NCBI RefSeq assembly: GCF_009914755.1
Contig: NC_060930.1
DNA: 64,000 nucleotides
Reading direction: 5' to 3' (one strand)
Source: the human T2T-CHM13v2.0 reference genome, Homo sapiens
Shown: positions 42,868 through 57,149 of the stretch, one piece after another
How positions within the stretch are numbered: position 1 is the stretch's first letter
Layout of the letters: every line of letters starts with the position of its first letter
Made by a program: the position numbers and the translations under genes
The notes under the pieces: model-generated
The model's input: only the letters and a program-made list of their open reading frames with translations
Databases searched by the model: none
What the model was told of the DNA's origin: nothing

Positions 42868-43894
42868 ATGATGAAAAACCAGCACAGAAAGGCCGAAAAT
42901 TTCAAAAACCAGAACGCCTCTTCTCCTCCAAAGGATCACAACTCTTCACCAACAAGGAAACAAAACTGGAAGAAAAATTAGTTTGACAAATTGACAGACG
43001 TAGGCTTTAGAAGGTGGGTAATAACAAACTCCTTTGAGCTAAAGAAGCATGTTCTAACCCGATGCAGGGAAGCTAAGAACCTTGTAAAAAGGTTAGAGGA
43101 ATTGCTAACTAGAATAACCAGTATAGAGAAGCATATAAATGACCTGATGGAGCTGAAAAACACAGCATGAGAATTTCACGAAGCACACACAATTATCAAT
43201 AGCTGAATCAATCAATGGGAAGAAAGGATATCAGAGACTGAAGATCAACTTAATGAAATAAAGCATGAAGACAAGATTAGAGAAAAAAGGATGAAAAGGA
43301 AGGAACAAAGCCTCCAAGAAATATGGGACTATGTGAAAAGACCAAACCTACATTGGATTGGTGAACCTGAAAGTGATTAGGAGAATGGAACCATATTGGA
43401 AAACACTTTTCAGAGTGTTTATCCTAGAGAACTTCCCCAACCTAGGAAGATAGGCCTGCATTCAAATTCAGGAAACACAGAGAACACCAAAAAAATACTC
43501 CTCAAGAATAGCAACCTCAAGACACATAATTGTCAGATTCAAAAAGGTTGAAATGAAGGAAAAAATGTTAAGGGCAGCCAGAGAGAAAGGTCAGGTTACC
43601 CACAAAGGGAAGCCCATCAGACTAACAGTGGATCTCTCTGTAGGAACTGTACGAGCCAGAAGAGAGTGAGGTCCAATATTCAACATTCTTAAAGAAAAGA
43701 ATTTTCAACACAGAATTTCATCTCCAGCCAAACTAAGATTCATAAGTGAAGGAGAAATAAAATCCTTTACAAACAAGCAAATGCTGAGACGTTATGTCAT
43801 GACCAGGCCTGCCTTACAAGAGCTCCTGAAGGAAACACTAAATATGGAAAGGAAAAAAGTGTACCAGCCACTGCAAAAACATACCATCTTGTAA
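42868..43894 (+). pseudogene. Disrupted L1 ORF1
   Basis: ATG at 42868 in L1 ORF1 start context; ORF1 motifs (GAAATATGGGACTATGTGAAAAGACCAAAC = EIWDYVKRP); several stops and frameshifts. Confidence 0.85.
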
Positions 43895-44326
43895 AGACCA
43901 TTGACACTATGAAGAAACTGCATCAACTAATGGGCAAAATAACCAGCTAGCATCATAATGACAGGATCAAATTCACACATAATATTAACCTTAAATGTAA
44001 GCGGGCTAAATACCCTAATTAAAAGACACAGACTGACAAATTGGATAAAGAGTCAAGACACATCAGTGTGCTGTATTCAAGAGACCATCTCACTTGCAAA
44101 GACACACATAGGTTCAAAATAAAGGGATGGAGGAATATTTACCAAGCAAATGGAAAGCAAATAAAAGCAATAGTTGCAATCCTAGTCTCTGATAAAACAG
44201 ACTTTAAATCAACAAAGATCAAAAAAACAAAGAAGGGAATTACATAATGGTAAAGGAATCAATTCAAAGAAGAGCTAACTATCCTAAATATATGTGCACC
44301 CAGGAGCACCAAGATTCATAAAGCAA

Positions 44327-44466
44327 GTGCATAGAGACTACAAAGAGACATAGACTTCCACACAATAACAGTGGGAGACTTTAACACCCTACTGTCGTGC
44401 ATAGAAACTACAAAAAGACTTAGAGTCTCACACAATAACAGTGGGGGACTTTAACACCCCACTGTC
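44327..44466. repeat. 70-bp tandem duplication in the L1 endonuclease region
   Basis: Units 44327-44396 and 44397-44466; about 8 mismatches by eye. Confidence 0.9.
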
Positions 44467-44546
44467 AACATCAGACAGATCAATGACAAAGAAAATTTAC
44501 AAGGATACTCAGGACTTGAACTCAGCTCTGGACCAAGTAGACCTAA

Positions 44547-46139
44547 TGAGAGGTGACAACATGCTAGCAGCCCTCGCTCATTCTTGGTGCCACCTCGGCC
44601 TCAGCATCCACTCTGGCCGCACTTGAGGAGCCCTTCAGCCTGCCGTTGTACTGTGGGAGCCCCTCTCTGGGCTGGCCGAGGCCGGAGCTGGCTCCCTCTG
44701 TTTGCAGGGAGGTGTGGAGGGAGAGGCACGGGCAGGAACCCCAGCTGTGCGTGGGTCTGCGGGCCAGCATGAGTTCCAGGTGGGCGCGGGCTTGGCGGGC
44801 CCTGCCGTCGGAGCGGCTGTCCAGCGCCGCCACCCTGGGCTGTGAGGGGCTTAGCACCTGGGCCAGCAGCTGCAGAGGGTGCGCCAGGTCCCCCAGCAGT
44901 GCTGGCCTGCCAGCACCGTGCTCGAATTCTCACCGGGCCTTAGCTGCCTCTCCGCAGGGCAGGGCTCAGGACCTGCAGCCGGTCATGCCGGAGCCTCTCC
45001 CCAACCCCCACCGTGGGCTTCCGCGTGGCCCGAACCTCCCCGACTGACACTGCCCCCTGCTCTGTGGTGCCCAGTCCCATCGACCACCCAAGGACTGAGG
45101 AGTGCGGGCGCACGGCACGGGACTGGTGAGCAGCTCCACCCATGGCTCTGGCATGGGATCCACTAGGCAAAGCCAGCTGGGCTCCTGAATTGGGTGGGGA
45201 CTTGCAGAATTTGTATGTCTAGCGAAAGGATTGTAAATGCACCAATCAGCACCCTCTGTGTAGCTCAAGGTTGGTAAACACACCAATCAGTGCTGTGTGT
45301 CTAGCTTATCTAGTGGGGACGTGGAGAACTTTTATGTCTAGCTGGAGTATTGTAAATGCGCCAATCAGCACTCTGTGTCTAGCTCAAGGTTTGTAAACAC
45401 ACCAATCAGCACCCTGTGTCTAGCTCAAGGTTTGTAAATGCACCAATCAGTGCTCTGTGTCTAGCTAATCTAGTGGGTACTTGAAGAACTTTTGTGTCTA
45501 GCTAAAGGATTGTAAATGCACCAATCAGCACTCTGTGTCTGGCTCAAGGTTTGTAAATGCACCAATCAGTACCCTGTCAAAACGGACCAATCAGCTCTCT
45601 GTAAAACGGACCAGTCAGCTCTCTGTAAAATGGACCAATCAGCAGGATGTGGGTGGGATCAGATAAGGGAATAAAAGCAGGCTGCCCGAGCCAGCAGTGG
45701 CAGCCCGTTCGGGTCCCCTTCCACACTGTGGAAGTTTTGTTCTTTTGCTCTTTGCAATAAATCTTGCTGCTGCTCACTCTTTGGGTCTGCACCACCTTTA
45801 TGAGCTGTAACACCCACCACGGAGGGCTGCAGCTTCACTCCTGAGGCCAGCAAGACCACGAACCCACTGAGAGGAATGAACAACTCCAGACGGGAGGAAC
45901 GAAAAACTCCAGATGCACCACCTTAAGAACTGTAACACTCACTGAAAAGGTCTGCAATTTCACTCCTAAAGCCAGTGAGACCATGAACCCACCAGAAGGA
46001 AGAAACTCCGAACATGTCCAAACATCAGTAGGAAAAAATTCCGGACACACCATCTTTAACAACTGTAACACTCACCACGAGGGTCCATGGCTTCATTCTT
46101 GAAGTCAGTGAGACCAAGAACCCACCAATTTCAGACACA
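44547..46139 (+). mobile_element. LTR12-family (ERV9) solo LTR, 1593 bp, inside L1 ORF2
   Basis: TGAGAGGTGACAAC...CCAATTTCAGACACA termini; 4-bp TSD CTAA (44543-44546 / 46140-46143), restoring L1 GACCTAATAGACATC; appears to be a different subfamily from the 22849 copy. Confidence 0.94.
45230..45700 (+). promoter_or_regulatory. LTR12 U3 CCAAT (NF-Y) array plus TATA-like AATAAAA
   Basis: About nine CCAAT motifs in 45242-45640; AATAAAA at 45670-45676; R-region AATAAA at 45756-45761. Confidence 0.65.
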
Positions 46140-46724
46140 CTAATAGACATCTACTGAACTCTCCACACCAAATCAACAGAATATACATTCTTCTCAGCAC
46201 CTCATAACACTTATTCTAAAAGTGACCACATAATTGGAAGTAAAACACTCCTCAACAAATGCAAAAGAACAGAAATCATAACAAACAGTCTCTCAGACCA
46301 CAGTGTAATCAAATTAGAACTCAGGATTAAGAAACTCACTCAAAACTACACCACTACATGGAAACTGAACAACCTGCTTCTGAATGACTACTGGGTAAAT
46401 AACAAAATGAAGGAAGAAATAAATAAGTTCTTTGAATCCAATGAGAACAAACACACAATGTACCAGAATCTCTGGGACACAGCTAAAGCAGGGTTTAGAT
46501 GGAAATTTATACAACTGAATGCCCATAGGAGAAAGCAGGAAAGATCTAAAATCAACACCCTAACATCACAGTTAAAAGAACTAGAGGACTAAGAGCAAAC
46601 AAATTCAAAAGCTAGCAGAAGACAAGAAATAACTAAGATCAGAGCATAACTGAAGGAGATAGAGACACAAAAAAACCCTTCAAAATATCAATGAATCCAG
46701 GAGCTGGTTTTTTGATAAGATTAA

Positions 46725-46832
<108 letters not shown>

Positions 46833-49800
46833 TGAACTACCATCAGAGAATACTATAAACACCTCTATGCAAATAAACCAGGAAATCTAGAAGAAATGGA
46901 TAAATCCCTGGATACATACACACCCCCAAGAGGAAACCAGGAAGAAGTCGAATCCCTGAATAGACCAACAACAAGTTCTGAAATTGAGGCAGTAATTAAT
47001 AGCCTACCAATCAAAAAAAAAGCCTAGGACCAGACACATTCACAGCTGAATTCTACCTCATGTGCAAAGAGGAGCTGGTACCATTCTATCTGAAACTATT
47101 CCAAACAGTAGAAAAAGAGAGATTCCTCCCTAACTCATTTTATGAGGCCAGCATCATCCTGAGACCAAAACCTGGCAGAGACACAACAAGAAAAGAAAAT
47201 CTCAGGCCAATATCCCTGATTAACACCGAGGCAAAAATCCTCAATAAAATACTGGCAAACCGAGTCCAGCAGCACATCAAAAAGCTTATCCACCATGATC
47301 AAGTTGGCTTCATCCCTGGTATGCAAGGCTGGTTCAACAGCAAATCAATAAACATAATCCTTCACATAAACAAAACCAATGACAAAAACCACATGATTAT
47401 CTCAGTAGATGCTGAAAAGTCCTTTGATACAATTTAACACCCCTTCCTGCTGCTAAAAACTCTCAACAAACTAGGTATTGACAGAATGTATCTCAAAATA
47501 ATAAGAGCTATTTATGACAAACCCACAGCCAATATCATACCGAATGGGCAAAAGCTGGAAGCATTTGCTTTGAAAACTGGCACAAGACAAAGATGACCTC
47601 TCTCATCACTCCCATTCAAAATAGTATTGGAAGTTCTTGCCAGGGCAATCAGGCAACAGAAAGAAATAAAGTGTATTCAAATAGGAAGAGAGGAAGTTAA
47701 ATTGTCTCGTTTGCAGATGACATGATTGTATACTTAGGAAACCCCATCATCTCAGCCCAAAATCTCCTTATCTGATAAGCCACTTCAGCAAAGTCTCAGG
47801 ATAAAAAATCAATGGGCAAACCTCACAAACATTCTTACCCAACAATAATAGACAGAGAGCCAAATAATGAGTGAACTCCCATTCACAATTGCTACAAAGA
47901 AAATAAAATGCCTAGGAATACACCTTACAAGGGATGTGAAGGATCTCTTCAAGGAGAACTACAAACCACTGCTCAAGGAAATAAGAGAGGACACAAACAA
48001 ATGGAAAAACAGTCCATGCTCATGGATAGGAAGAATAAATATCACGAGAATGGCCATACTGCCCAAAGTAATTTATAGATTCAATGCTATCCCCATTAAG
48101 CTACCACTGACTTTCTTCACAGCATCAGAAAAAACTACTTTAAATGTCATATGGAACCAAAAAAGAGCCCGCATAGCCAAGACAACCCTAAGCAAAAAGA
48201 ACAAAGCTGGAGGCATCACAATACCTGACTTCAAACTATACTAAAAGGCTACAGTAACCAAAATAGCATGGTACTGGTAACAAAACAGAGATATAGATCA
48301 ATGGAACAGAACAGAGGCCTCAGAAATAATGCCACACATCTACAGCCATCTGATCTTTGACAAACCTGACACAAGTAAGCAATGGGAAAAGGATTCCCTA
48401 TTTAATAAATGGTGTTGGGAAAACTGGCTAGCCATATGCAGAAAACTGAAACTGGACCCCTTCCTTACACCTTATACAAAAATTAACTCAAGATGGATTA
48501 AAGACTTAAACATAAGACCTAAAACCATAAAAACCCTAGAAGAAAACCTAGGCAATACCATTCAGGACATAGGCATGGGCAAAGACTTCATGACTAAAAC
48601 ACCAAAAGCAATGGCAACAAAAGCCAAGATTGACAAATGGGATGTAATTAAACTAAAGAACTTCTGCACAGCAAAAGAAACTATCATCTGAGTGAACAGG
48701 CAACCTAAAGAATGGGAGAAAATTTTTGCAATCTATCCATCTGACAAAGGACTAATATCCAGAATCAACAAAGGACTTAAACAAATTTACAAGAAAAAAA
48801 ACAACCCCATCAAAAAGTGGGTGAAGCACATGAGCAGACACTTCGCAAAAGAAGACATACGTGGCATATATGAAAAAAAGCTCATCATCACTGGTCATTA
48901 GAGAAATGCAAATCAAAACCACAATGAGATACCATCTCACACCAGTTAGAATGGCGATCATTAAAAAGTCAGGAAACAACAGATGCTGGAGAGGATGTGA
49001 AGAAATAGGAACGCTTTTACACGTTGATGGAAGTGTAAATTAGTTCAACCACTGTGGAAGACAGTGTGGTAATTCCTCAAGGATCTAGAACCAGAAATAC
49101 CATTTGACCCAGCAATCCCACTACTGGGTATATACCCAAAGGATTAGAAATCATTCTGCTATAAAGGCACATGCACACATATGTTTATTGCGCCACCATT
49201 CACAATAGCAAACACTTGGAACCAACCCAAATGCCCATCAATGATACACTGGATAAAGAAAATGTGGCACATATACACATGATGGAATACTATGCAGCCA
49301 TGAAAAATGATGAATTAATGTCCTTTGCAGGGATTTGGATGAAGCTGGACACCATCATTCTCAGCAAACTAACACAGGAACAGAAAACCACAAGTAGGGG
49401 TTGAACAATGAGAACACATGGACAACTGGAGGGGAACATCACACATCGGGGCTTGTTGGTGGGTGGGAGGCTAGAGGAGGGATAGCATTAGGAGAAATAC
49501 CTGATGTAGATGACAGCTTGATGGGTGCAGCAAACCACCATGGCACATATTTACCTATGTAACAAACATGCACGTTCTGCATGTGTATCCCAGAACTTAA
49601 AGTATAATTTATAAAAAAAAAAAAAAAAAAAGTCAATTACTTTCATGTCAACTAGAGTTATAGGGTAGCGGAGTAGGTAGCAATGTTGACTATTATGTGC
49701 TAACACAGCTATTTGGAGAATTTCTCCCTCACTATGAGATTTTACTAATGACATTTAGTAAATTAATAGGTTTAATTCAGTTAAGCAAATAGTAAATAAT

Positions 49801-50379
49801 AATAACAACTTGTTAAAGAATTAAAACAAAGCTCTTTTGCATGGAAATACAGCTCTGCTCCAGGCTATCTTTGACCACTTCTGACAACAAACCCTGTACT
49901 CCTATCACCTGTCTTCTCATTCTGCTTTATCACCTTTGTGCCCACTCCTTCACTTGCCTTGGCCACATGTGCCCTCCTCCGTACTGAATCCTCCTTGATT
50001 CCCTCAGGCAGAGGGAGTTGCTACTTCCTCCAAGGTTCCATAGCATGTTACAAACTCTTGGTTAAATTTGTGTAATGATTATATCACCATCATCTCAGTA
50101 GTTCTGGCAAAACACACCTGAGCTTTTTTTTTCTCACTTGTCTGTTTTATTAATTTCCTATACCCAATTTAATTTTTCTTGCATTTCTACATTCGGTCAA
50201 TACTTGTTGACTGTTATGTCTAGATCTTCCAAGATCTGTGCTGTCCTCAGCACAATACACTCATAGCTTCCTCATTGTGCCCACTGTCAAAACTCTCTAC
50301 TCACTTTCCAGGAATCCACAAGTCCAGGCATCAGTTTTTGAAAATGGACTGCTGTTATTTTCAATTTTTAGAACATATA

Positions 50380-50680
<301 letters not shown>

Positions 50681-50755
50681 TTATTCTTTAAAGAGATGAA
50701 ATTAGAATTCCTTAACATAGCGTAGAAGGCTATTTCTGATCTGACCCTGTCTTAT

Positions 50756-51498
50756 TGTATTTAAGCTCCTATAACAGAACACCATAAGTTGCCTGGCTTA
50801 TAAGCAACATAAATTTATTTCTCAATGTTCTACAGGCTGGAAAATCCAACATCAAGTTGCCAGCTGATTCAGTGTCTGGTGAGAGCCTGTTTCCTAACTC
50901 ATAGATGGTGCTTTCTAGCTGTGGACTCATATGGTGGAAGGAGAAAGGGGCCTCTTTGGAGCCTCTTTTACAAAGATACTGATATGGCTTGGCTGTGTTC
51001 CCACCCAAAATCTCATCTTGAATTGTGATCCCCATAATCCCCATTTTCAAGGGAGGGACCAGGTGGACGTAATCAGATCATAGGGGCAGTTTCCCCCAAG
51101 CTGTCCTCATGATACTGAGTGAGTCTCACAAGATCTGATGGTTTTATAAGTGTCTGGCATTTCCCCTGCTTTTACTTACTCCAGCCTGCCACCCTGTGAA
51201 TGAGGTGCCTGCTTCTCCTTTGACTTCTGCCACGATTGTAAGTTTCCTGAGGCCTCCCCAGCCATGCTGAACTGTGAGTCAATTAAACCTCTTTCCTTTA
51301 TAAATTACCCAGTCTCAGGCAGTTCTTTATAGCAGCGTGAGAATGGACTAATACAGATACTAATCCCATTCATGAGAACTCTGTCCTCATGACCTAATAA
51401 CCTCCTCCTCACAAAAGCTCCCCATACAAATACCATTACATCAGAGACTGGGTTTCCCCATATGAATTTTGGGAGACAAAAATATTCAGTCTATAATA
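50756..51498 (-). mobile_element. MaLR solo LTR, MLT1A-like (interrupted by THE1)
   Basis: AAATTTATTTCTCAATGTTCTACAGGCTGG..GATTCAGTGTCTGGTGAG; resumes TAATCCCATTCATGAG..ATGAATTTTGGGAGAC..ATTCAGTCTATA. Confidence 0.8.
50980..51355 (+). mobile_element. THE1D-like MaLR solo LTR
   Basis: TGATATGG...GGACTAATACA termini; perfect 5-bp TSD GATAC (50975-50979 / 51356-51360). Confidence 0.92.
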
Positions 51499-52344
51499 GG
51501 CCTTGAAAAGTATCACTGCCAAACTCAGTTTTAATCCATCCCTTGAATACCCTTACTCAAATTCATTCCATTTACTCTTGCCTATAAGCAAGTTCTACCG
51601 GGATGGCCCTTTTTCCTTTTTCACACTTTTAAAATCCTGTCATTCTTCAAGACCTTCTACCCCAAACACTACCCCATCCCTCCTCTTCAACTCCTTAATG
51701 CCTTTCTCTTCAACCACAATCAGAATTAAGCATTCCTCCTTCTGTGTGCTCCTAATGCTTTGTCACTTTCTCTTCCCAAATGTATGTCCCAGGCCTTGTA
51801 TTACATTACTTGATAAATAAAATTTAAAATGTCTACATGCTATACCACCTGCTTCTTTCCAGTTGTCTTGTGTTCAATAAAATTATTGTTAAAATAAATT
51901 TATTGTAAGATCATTTATCATCCTAAAAGTTTTAAAAAGTAGACTTTGCAATAATTATAATAATACAGAAAATTAAAGGTTTCAACACTAAATGTTTCAG
52001 ATAAGAATTAGCATTTAATTTACACAGAGTTGCTCTTATACCAGGGCAGAAAGCTCTCTTCCTAAGACAGACTTCTAGTCCAGGCATACCCCTTATGGAC
52101 AAATAAAGACAGAAATAGAGACACATATACAAGCACAAAATCTATATGTATATTTATTTATATATATAATACATATTCACATATATGTATATGTATACAG
52201 ATCCAAGACACGTAAGTCATCGCCTCTGGAAAACCCACACCCACCTCATGCCATATTTATCAATGAAATCCAAAAAGAGCTAGGAGTATGGGAAGAACAT
52301 TACGTGACTGCTAGGGAACCTTCCTGAATATGTGGCTCTGATGA

Positions 52345-52862
52345 TGGCCAAGGGGATCTTAAAATTTTTCCCTCAGCTTGACTAAACTTTATACAGGTTT
52401 CTTCCTAACTGCATGTCCCTGACCTCCCTTTTAGAGCATGTACTTGAGAAAACTTGCTATTGTAAATTATTTTTCTGCTCCTTTGAGATGAAATCTCACA
52501 GCCTCTTGCCAGTTTACAACCCAGAAGGGTCTTTCTCAAGGACCGGGCAGCCTTTCCTTTGAAATGTAATCATCAAGAAACATAGTATTCCTATCTCCTA
52601 ATCTCAATAAAAGGGTAGAAACCTAACTTTAATAAGCACCAATTAGCAAACAGATGGCCTAATACATGGACCAACCTCTCTGGTAGTATCCTCCGGTGCT
52701 TTTTCACTGGCTTATCCCAGCACTTAGAAATTCTCAGAACTTTTGTTTCAGTGGAGTTCAGTTCAATCTCTTTCATCTTGAAAGTCTTGAACCCTGTTGT
52801 AATAGTCTTAAACAAAGTCCTCCATGCCTGTTTCACTTGTCCAGTGCAATTTTTCTCTGACA
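52345..52862 (+). mobile_element. ERV1 solo LTR, MER31-like (second copy)
   Basis: Homologous to 8085-8967 (CCCTCAGCTT..ACAGG.TTCTTCCT..GCCTCTTGCCA..AAATGTAATCATCA..TTAGCAAAC); ends in TGACA. Confidence 0.75.
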
Positions 52863-54449
52863 TAACAAGCTGAGCAAGCCAGTGCACTGCTGCTGCCCAG
52901 TTAAGTGAGAAGAGTTTTAATGTGTCATCCTCTATTATCCTTTGATAAGAGTTAAACTGGAATGGCAGGTTGTTAATGTTCATCCTCTCTATGATCCTAT
53001 GACCATATGCAAAGGATAAATGGGAAAAAAAGGAATCCTACCTTATTGTTTCTGGGGATTAAATTCAATTGAAAAAATAGTTTCAAAAATACTAATGGTA
53101 ATTTGTGCTGAAGGAATTAGTTGTATTCCACTTCTCTCCTCTTTCATAGAATCTGTCTATAAATATAACTATCTCTTTCTTACACTAATGCCATAATAAT
53201 TGATTATATCTGGGTGCTTGAGGAAAGCATGTTTGATTTACTTTTAACTGAGTTTTACAGTTTAGGGGAAGAGAATGGCATCATTAATTTACAAGACAGC
53301 ATAGTTGTGTGACTTTCCATAATTCCTAAAATATATTTCCCCAACCATTACATTAGGATACTCTAGCCCATTTTCTTCCAATGTCTATAGTATCAAACAA
53401 AGAGTAAAGAGTAAGTTATGAGACCAGGCATGTTAATACTAATGCTCAGCAATTTGGAAGAGTTCAGGTATAAAACCAACAAACAAGATAGAGACAAAAT
53501 ATATTCAAAATAATATTCAAGAATTCCTAAATATGTGTTCTGTGAATCATTTTATGAAACGTATTTAACTCATATATACTCTCCTCTTTTAAATCACTCT
53601 TTGAATAGTTCTCCCTTCAGGATAATTTAGAAAGCCCTATATACAGAGGTGGCAATTTGTGATTTATTGCTTATGATGCAAAGAAGGTAAAGCAGAAAAG
53701 TTGTTATTCCAGGTTTGAAAAGCAATCCACAAAAGAGTTCTAACATTCTTATCTGAATTACATATTTAAATACGGCTACAAAAGGAATTCTGGATTGAAT
53801 TTAGATTTTTTAAATTCTAATCATATTTCTTTTGATATTGAAATAAAGTTCTCATGGCATGCCTTTTATCTTCTCATAGTTAAATGCTAAGGACATATGC
53901 CCAATTCATGTAAGTGCAATTTTGAAAATTTGAACCAAAAAATTTTATTCGCTGAAATATCAGCAATGATTGTCTCTGAGTGGTGAGATGAAGAGAGATT
54001 TTAAATTTCCTTCTCTTTGCTAATTTTTCTTTCTAATCTTTCTATATTAAATATGGATTGATTTTGCAATAAAAAGCTCAACATGCTCAAATAAGTTGGC
54101 AGAAGATTATTTATCAAAAAATTTATGAACAGCTTCTAAAAATTCCTCATAGGACTTTTATAAATTGTCAGCTTCCATTCATTATTTAACATATGAATTA
54201 TCTTCATGAAGTTATTTTTTACACTAGATTTACAAAGTCACATTATTTTCTACAAAAAACAAAGTATAGCAGTTTTTTGAGACATGGTGTTCAGATAGTA
54301 ATTGTACCCTGTGCTGCGCAAAATAAAGGTGATTTTCAAGATACAAACTACTGACTCAAAAGTGCCTTAAAATCCCTTAGTGGTTCACCACTATGCCCAG
54401 GAAGAAATTAAACATTTCTTATATTTGCCTGCAGATTGTGGGCATTGTA

Positions 54450-55080
54450 ATAATGATAATAAAAATAGATGCTAACATTCATTGAATACTTTGTTTCATA
54501 TATTATGCTAAAGGTTTTGCAAGAATTAATTTCCTTAATTTTGAAAACTACCCTCCAGTAGATATTATCCTTTTTCAGATGCAGAGTCTTACAAGGTACT
54601 CCCACATCATTTGTCTGACAGGGTGAGATTAATGGAGTTCAATATCAGTTTCTATACTCTCTGCGATTTGGCCAACTCTGGACCATGGTTACAAACAAAG
54701 GGCAGGCTATTAGAAAAATTTTTCTTATGAAAAAGGACCCACTGCTAATGAATGCATTTGCTACTTTCAAAATATTATGCTCACAAGTCATAATGTGATG
54801 AAAATACTGCTAACAGACTATTGATCTTGCCAATTTGTTAATAGAAATACATGTTTCATAGTTCACAAATCATTGTCATATGCATAAAATCATTTACTCC
54901 TCAAACCAATGGCAGGAAACAGGAATTATTTTACAGATTAGAAAACTAAAATTTACAGATTTAACAGATTAAATGATTTTCCAGTGGTAATACAACAGAA
55001 AAGCAGGAGAGCTGAGACACTCAAATACACATTATTCTGACTGACTTCCACTGGTACTCTCTACTATTTTAATACTAATA
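54450..55080 (-). mobile_element. Antisense MIR fragments (two)
   Basis: GCTAACATTCATTGAATAC..TATTATCCTTTTTCAGATG and TTTTACAGATTAGAAAACTAAA motifs. Confidence 0.5.
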
Positions 55081-56374
55081 TTTCACTCTAATTCATGATA
55101 TTATTATCAGTCACCAAGGAACAAAAGAATTACAGTTTGCAAAAGAAGTAATAGTGCTCTTTAGATTGTTCTACTTGTCAAAAATGAGCCAATGACATCC
55201 AGTTAAAATCTCATTCAAGCAGAGGTTGCCTCCCCCACTTTCCCATCTATCCAAGTCCCCACAGGGCTTGGAAAGCTAGAGAAGTCACACAAATGCCCAG
55301 TGGACAAAGCAGAGGCTACATTGCCCAGGGCAGCTCCTCCTCAAATGCTGAGCCAAGCGCAGCATTCATGATGGGGGAATTTAATTACCTTTCTATGTTA
55401 TGCATATTTTAAAAATGAAAACTGTGACATCTTCAGGCTAAAATTCCAACAATGCATTTCAATCACAAATTTTAGGTTTCCACTTTGTCTATTGGGCCTG
55501 AATATTCAATCTGAAACCAACCACCAAAGAAAGCCATTTGGGAAATAACTGGACAGCGATGAAGCAGGGAGTGAGGCTAGAGTGACATTTCAGCAGCTCA
55601 CTCGCAGCAATCTTTCCATAAGGGCTTTTGCTGCTGTAGGTCAGGCCTTCTCCAAATTCAGGTCACCAGAGCCTCCTAAGTGCCAGCTGGACTGTGCTCT
55701 GAGCTTTCACATGTCACTTCCAAAACAGCTACAACAAAGTATGGTCAGAGAAAGACTTCATTCATTTTCTCCAACAATGTGCAGTGCACTTAAAGACTTC
55801 AGAGAATATAATTTAATAGCTGGTAGAAGATGAGAATGTAGAATAAATCAGCACATTCCCTAAAGAATTTTAAAGGCACTATAAAAGGAAAGTCTCCCAG
55901 CTCCCTACTAGATCATGTAAGACCTTTCTTGATCTGGATCTTGTCTATTCTGCCCTCCTTCCTCTGTAGCTAGACCCCCACCCTCTAGCCATTTCCACTT
56001 TCTTTCTTGTCTCCTACTTTACAACTGTACAACTTCTGCAGTGAAAATATATCTTATGAGTTGGCTTTCTTATGGAGCTCTTGTTTGTGGAGCTGCCATT
56101 TTCCATCTCATGCAGAGAAAATTCCCAATCTTCCTTTCTGTCTTCATTTTTCTCAAGGTTGACCTTATCTTACAGTACCTGTCACATGAAATCATCGTCA
56201 GTTGTTTATGCATTTGTAAGCATTCCACTAAATGATAAGTTCCACTGAATGATAAGTTTCCCACTTGTGTCATTGTCATCTTCATGGTTCAAGGCCTAGG
56301 AAAGTGCCTGGCATTGAATGGAGCCGGTTGAAATGGAACAATGGATAGATAAATCATGTGCACACAATACCATG

Positions 56375-56910
56375 TATCACTTGATGGTTAAAAGCACAGG
56401 ACTAAAGCCAAAACTTCTTAGGTTTAAAACCCAGCTCTATCACCTAACAGCTCTGTGATCTTGGACTACTGAACCTCTGTGCCTGTGTTTCCTCATCTGT
56501 AAAATGGGCCATTGAATGAATTCAATGAGTTAACAATAATAAACGTAAAGGCACTAAAAGCATACTAGGCCCGCTGTAGATTTCTAACAAAGGGTAGATA
56601 TAGTCATTATCATTTATCATCATCATCCTTTTCTTCTTATTCTTCTTCCCATAAAATGGCAGTGTAGCACAGGGCCAAGATTTTGAGAGAACTGAATTCA
56701 AATCATGCTCCTCTACTTACTAGTTATATGACCTTAAGCAGTTTGCTTAACTTCTCTCCACTTTGGTTTTCTTGTCTCTATAATAGAGATAATAATGGTG
56801 CTCACATCATACAACTATTTGGAATGTTACAATTAAATTATGCTTTAACACATTAACATAGAATCTGGCACATGATAAGGGCTCCAGAGTGGTAAGCAAT
56901 TCACTACTGT
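56375..56910 (+). mobile_element. Two tandem MIR elements
   Basis: CTGTGATCTTGG..CTCTGTGCCTGTGTTTCCTCATCTGTAAAATGGG; second copy TATGACCTTAAGCAGTTTGCTTAACTTCTCT. Confidence 0.75.
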
Positions 56911-57149
56911 GGTTTTTGATCTTAAATCAGTATCAGTATAAAAGTCCTCAGGTATTGCCCTAAGATAAGCACCCTCACCCACTTGACACTTGAGGCATTT
57001 GTGCCTCATGTACTGTGAGTGTACAGGAGAAAATCATTGAAGAACTAGAAAATGTGTCACATTTTAGACATAAAGCTAGATAACTTTATGCCCCCAGGTT
57101 CTAGTTCTCTAGGAAATAGGACACTCTTCTGAACAGGTTAGAACACATC

